Shown here: positions 59,001 through 64,000 of the stretch, piece after piece
Layout of the letters: every line of letters begins with the position of its first letter
Position numbering within the stretch: the first letter of the stretch is position 1
NCBI RefSeq assembly: GCF_009914755.1
Contig: NC_060937.1
Strand: one strand, 5' to 3'
Source of the DNA: the human T2T-CHM13v2.0 reference genome, Homo sapiens
DNA: 64,000 bases
Position numbers and translations under genes: made by a program
Notes under the pieces: model-generated
What the model saw: only the letters and a program-made list of their open reading frames with translations
What the model was told of the DNA's origin: nothing
The model's database searches: none

Positions 59001-62000
59001 TATTTGAGGGACAAACATTCAAACAACAGAGGGAATCTTCTGGAATCCTATGTTACGGACCAACATTCAGACCCTCGTTGCAGTGTTCTGAAATTCTATG
59101 TGAGGGAGAAACAAGTAGAACCTATCAGCTGTGTTCTGGAATCCTGTGGGGGGGACATACATGTAGACACCAGCAGCGGTGTTCTGGAATCCTATGTGAG
59201 GGACAAACATTCAGAACCGAGCAGCAGTGTTCTGGAACTCTGTATGAGGGACAAACATTAAGAACACGGCAGGATTGTTCTGCAATCCTATGTGAGGGAG
59301 AAACACTCTGAAAACCGTAAGTGTGTTTTGGAATCCTACATGAGGGCCAAACAATCAAACCCTCATAGCTGTGTTCCGGAATCCTATGTGAGGGGCAAAC
59401 ACTCAGACAATCGTAGCAGTTTTCTGGAATCCTTTGTGAGGGACAAGCATTCATTCCCTCGTAGCGGTGTTCGGGAACCCTGTATGAGGGACAAACATTC
59501 AGACCACACCGTTCTGGAATCCCCTCTGTGGGAAAAACATTCAGACCCTCGTGGCAGTGTTCTGGAATCCTATGTGACGGACAAAGATTTAGACCACAGC
59601 AGCAGTGTTCTGAAATCCTATGTGAGGGACATTCAGACCCTCTTAGCAGTTTTCTGGAATCTTATGTGAGGGACAATCATTCAGACCTCAGCAGGAGTGT
59701 TCTGGAAAACCCATGTGAGGGACAAACACTCAGACTACAGCAGGAGTGTTCTGGAATCCCCTGTGAGGGACAAACATTCAGACTGTCGTAGGGGTGTTCT
59801 GCAATCCTATGTGACGAACAAACATATAGAATCCAGCAGCATTGTTCTGGAATCCTATGTAGGAGACAAACATTCAGACAATAGTAGCAGTGTTCTGGAA
59901 TCCTATGTGAGGGGCAAACATTCAGACCACAGCAGCAGTGTTCTGGAATCCTATGTGAGGGACAAACATTCAAACAACAGCGAGAGTGTTCTGGAATCCT
60001 AAGTTATGGACAAACACTCAGACCCTCGTGGCAGTGTTCTGGAATTCTATGTGATGGAGAAACACTCAGAATCCAGCAGCAGTGTTCTGGAATCCTATAT
60101 GACGGAGATACACGTACACCCCAGCAGCAGTGTCCTGGAATCCTATGTGAGAGACAAACTTTCAGACCCCAGGAGCAGAGTTCTGGAATCCTACATGAGG
60201 GATAAACATTCAGACCCTCTTAGCAGTTTTCTTAATCACTATGTCAGGGACAAAGATTCAGACCTCAGCACCATTGTTCTGGAATCCTACATGAGGCTCA
60301 AACATTCAGACCCTCGTTGCAGTCTTCTGGAATCCTGTGTAAGAGACAATCATTCAGACAACAGCAGGAGTCTTCTGGAATTCCCTGTGAGAAATAAACA
60401 CTCAGATCCTCCTAGCAGTGTTCTGGAAACCTATATGACGGACAAACATTTAGACAACTGAAGCAGTGTTATGGAATCACATATGAGAGACAGACATTCA
60501 GAAACTTGTACCAGAGTTCTGGAATCCTTTGAGAGGGACAAACATTCAGAACCCAGCAGAAATGTTCCGGAATCCTATGTGAGGGACAAGCATTCAGACA
60601 CTGGTAGCAGTGTTCTGGAATCCTAAGTGAGAGACAAACACTCCGAACCCAGCAGCATTGTTCTGGAACCCTATGTGAGGGAAAAACATTCATACCACAG
60701 AAAGATTGCCTTCGAATCCTATGAGAGGGACAAACACTCAGAACACAGCAGGAGTGTGTTGGAATCCTATGTGAAGGAAAAACATTGAGACCCTCGTAGC
60801 AGTGTTCTGGAATCCTATGTGAGGGACAAACATTCAGATCCTCGAAGCAGTGTTCTGGAATCTAATGTGAGGGATAAACATTCAAATAACAGCGGGAGTG
60901 TTCTGAAATCCTGTGTTACGGACAAATATTCAGACCATCGTGGCAGTGTTCTGGAATTCTATGTGAGGTAGAAACATTCAGAACACAGCAGCAGTGTTCT
61001 GGAAACCTATGCGACGGACATACATGCAGACCCCTGCAGGGGGGTTCTGGAATCCTATGTGAGGGACAAACATTCAGAAGCCTGCAGCAGTGTTATGGAA
61101 TCTTATGTGAGGGACAATCATTCAGACTCTCGTAGCAGTGTTCTGGAATTCTGTGTGAGGGTAAAACATTCAGAACCTCATAGCAATTTTCTGAAATCCT
61201 ATGTGAGGGACAAACATTCAGAACACAGCAGGAGTGTTCTCAAATCCTCTGTGAGGGAAAATCATTCCGACCCTCATAGCAGTGTTCTGGAATCCTGTGT
61301 GAGGGACAAACATTCAGACCCCAACAACAGTGTTCTGTAATCCTATGTGTTGGACAATCATTCAGAACCCCATAGCAGTGCTCTGGAATTCTGTGTGAGG
61401 GACAAATATTCAAGCTGTCATTGCAGTGTTCTGGAATCCCGTGTGAGGGACAAACATTCAGACACTGGTAGCAGTGTTCTGGAATCCAACGTGAGGGACA
61501 AACATTCAGACAACAGCAGGATTGTTCTGGAATCCTATGTGAGGGACAAGCATTCAGACAATCGTAGCAGTGTTCTGGAATCCCATGTGAGGGACAAACA
61601 TTCAGACCTTCATAGCAGTGTTCTGGAATGGTATGTGATGGACAAACATTCAGACAATCATAGCATTGTTCTGGAATCCTATGTGAGGGACAAGCATTCA
61701 GACAATCGTAGCAGTGTTCTGTAATCCCCTGTGAGGAACAAACGTTCAGACAGTCGTAGCATTGTTCTGGAATATTATGTGAGGGACAAACATTCAGACA
61801 ATTGTAGCAGTGTTCCGGAATCCTATGTGAGGGACAAACATTCAAACAACAGCGGGATTGTTCAGGAATCCTATGTTATGGACAAACATTCTGACCCTCG
61901 TAGCGGTGTTCTGGAATTCTATGTGAGGGAGAAACACTCAGAACCCAACATCAGTGTTCTGGAATCCTATGCGACGGACATACCTGTAGACCCCAGCAGC

Positions 62001-64000
62001 TCTATTCTAGAATCCTATGTGAGAGACAAACATTACGACCCCAGCAACAGTGTTCTGGAATCCTATGTGAAGGAAAGTCATTCAGACACTCGTACCAGTG
62101 TTCTGGAATTCTGTGTGAGGGACAAACATTCTGATGCCCGTAGCAGTGTTCTGTAGTCCTGTGTGAGGGAAAAACATTGAGACCACAGCAGGAGTGTTCC
62201 AGAATCCCCTGTGAGGAACAGACATTCAGACCCTCATAGGAGGGTTCTGGAATCCGGTGTGACGGACAAAAATCTAGACCCCAGCAGCAGTGTTCTGGAA
62301 TCCTATGTGAGGGACAAACACTCAGAACCCTGCAGCAGTGTTCTGAAACCCTATGTGAGAGATAAATATTCCGACGACAGGAGGATAGTTTTGGAATCCT
62401 ATGTGAGGGACAAACACTCAGAAAACAGCAGGAGTGTTCTGGAATCCTAAATGAGGGACAAACACTCAGAAAACAGCAGGAGTGTTCTGGAATCCTAAAT
62501 GAGGGACAATCTTTCAGATCGTCATAGCAGTGTTCTACAATTTTGTGTGAGGGACAAACATTCACACCCCAGCAGAAGTGTTGTGGAATCCTAAATGAGG
62601 GACAAACATTCAAACCCTCATAGGAGTGCTCTGGAATAGTGTGTGACGGAGAAACTTTTAGACTCCAGCAGCAGTGTTCTGCAATCCTTTGTAAGGGAAA
62701 AACAATCAGACCCTCACAGCTGTGTTCTGGAATCCCATGTGATGGACAAACACTCAGAACCGAGCAGCAGTGTTCTGTAACTATATGTGAGGGGCAACCA
62801 TTCAGAACACAGCAGGATTGTTCTGGAATCCTACATGAGGGACTGACACTCAGAGCACAGCAGGCGTGTTTTGGAATCCTATGTGAGGGACAAACATTCT
62901 GACACTCATAGCAGGGTTCTGGAATCCTACGTGAGTGACAAACATTCAGACAATCTTAGCAGTGTTCTGGAATACTATGTGAGGGACAAACATTCAGACA
63001 CTCGTAACAGTGTTTTGGAATACTATGTTGCAGACAATCATTCGTATGCTCGTAGCAGTGTTCTGGAATCCTGTGTGAAGGACAAACATTCAGACCACAG
63101 CAGGATTGTTCTGGAATCCCCAGTGAGGAACAAACGTTCAGACCTTCATAGCAGTGTTCTGGAATTCTATGTGACGGACAAACATTTAGACCCCAGCAGC
63201 GGTGTTCTGAAATCCTATGTTAGTGACAAACATTCAGACCCTTGTAGGAATGTTCTGGAATCTATGTGAGGGACTTGCTTTAAGACCACAGCAGGAGTGT
63301 TCTGGAATCTCATGTGAGGTACAAGCATTTCCACTCTCATAGCTGTGTTCTGGAATCCTATGTGATGAACAAACATTTAGACCCCAGCAGCAGTGTTCTG
63401 GAATCCTACGTGAGGGAAAAACATACAGACCATCATAGCAGTGTATTGGAATCCTGTGGGAGGGACAAACATTCAGACAATCGAAGCAGTGTTCTGGAAT
63501 CCTAAGAGAGAGACAAATATTCAGAACACAGAAGGATTGTTCTGGAATCCTATGTGAGGAGCAAACACTCAGAACACAGCAGGAGTGTTGTGGAATCCTA
63601 TGTGAGGGACAAACTTTGAGACCCTCGTAGTAGTGTCCTGGAATCCTATGTGAGGGACAAACATGCAGACAATTGTAGCAGTGTTCTGGAATCCTATGTG
63701 ATCGACAAACCTTCGAACAACAGTGGAAGTGTTCTGGAATCCTATGTTATGGACACACATTCAGAACCTTGTGGCAGTGTTCTGGAATTCTATTTGAGAG
63801 AGAAACATTCAGAGCCCAGCAGCAGTTTTCTGGAATCCTATGTGATGAACATACATGCAGACCACAGCAGCAGTGTTCTGGAATCTTATGTGAGGGACAA
63901 ACATTCAGACAATTGTAGCAGTGTTCTGGAGTCCTCCGTGAAGGACAAACATTCGGAACCCAGCAGCAGTGTTCTGGAATCCAATGTGAGGGACAAACAT
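56077..64000 (+). repeat. CER 48-bp satellite, right block (runs off the window)
   Basis: Same 48-bp monomer, same orientation; begins 'gaattctatgtgaggg'. Confidence 0.93.

Overview
This is primate, most likely human, pericentromeric or acrocentric-type DNA. All repeat-family names come from recalled consensus sequences, not from a search. In order, the window holds: (1) a SATR-type ~70-bp satellite (1-1920) ending in a fold-back inversion; (2) an L1 3' end interrupted by a MER50-like LTR; (3) about 3.1 tandem copies of a ~6.3-kb ACRO1-composite unit (6332-26151); (4) an L1M/Alu/Tigger1 interval; (5) a 48-bp CER satellite (37.4 kb to the end) interrupted by a 5'-deleted type-1 HERV-K(HML-2) provirus of K222/K111 type (49.95-56.08 kb). 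The main observation is that the ACRO1 'satellite' in each unit looks like the coding body of a gene. Two copies carry an uninterrupted 993-codon minus-strand ORF downstream of a correctly spaced GC-box/TATA/Inr promoter. The 147-bp monomer translates to 7 degenerate heptads in register with the RNA polymerase II CTD consensus YSPTSPS, and monomer length variants are multiples of 3. A second observation is that the CER array starts directly out of a MaLR (MLT1A/MST) LTR whose terminus resembles the CER monomer, suggesting an LTR origin for this satellite. Expression or function of the ORF cannot be shown from sequence alone.
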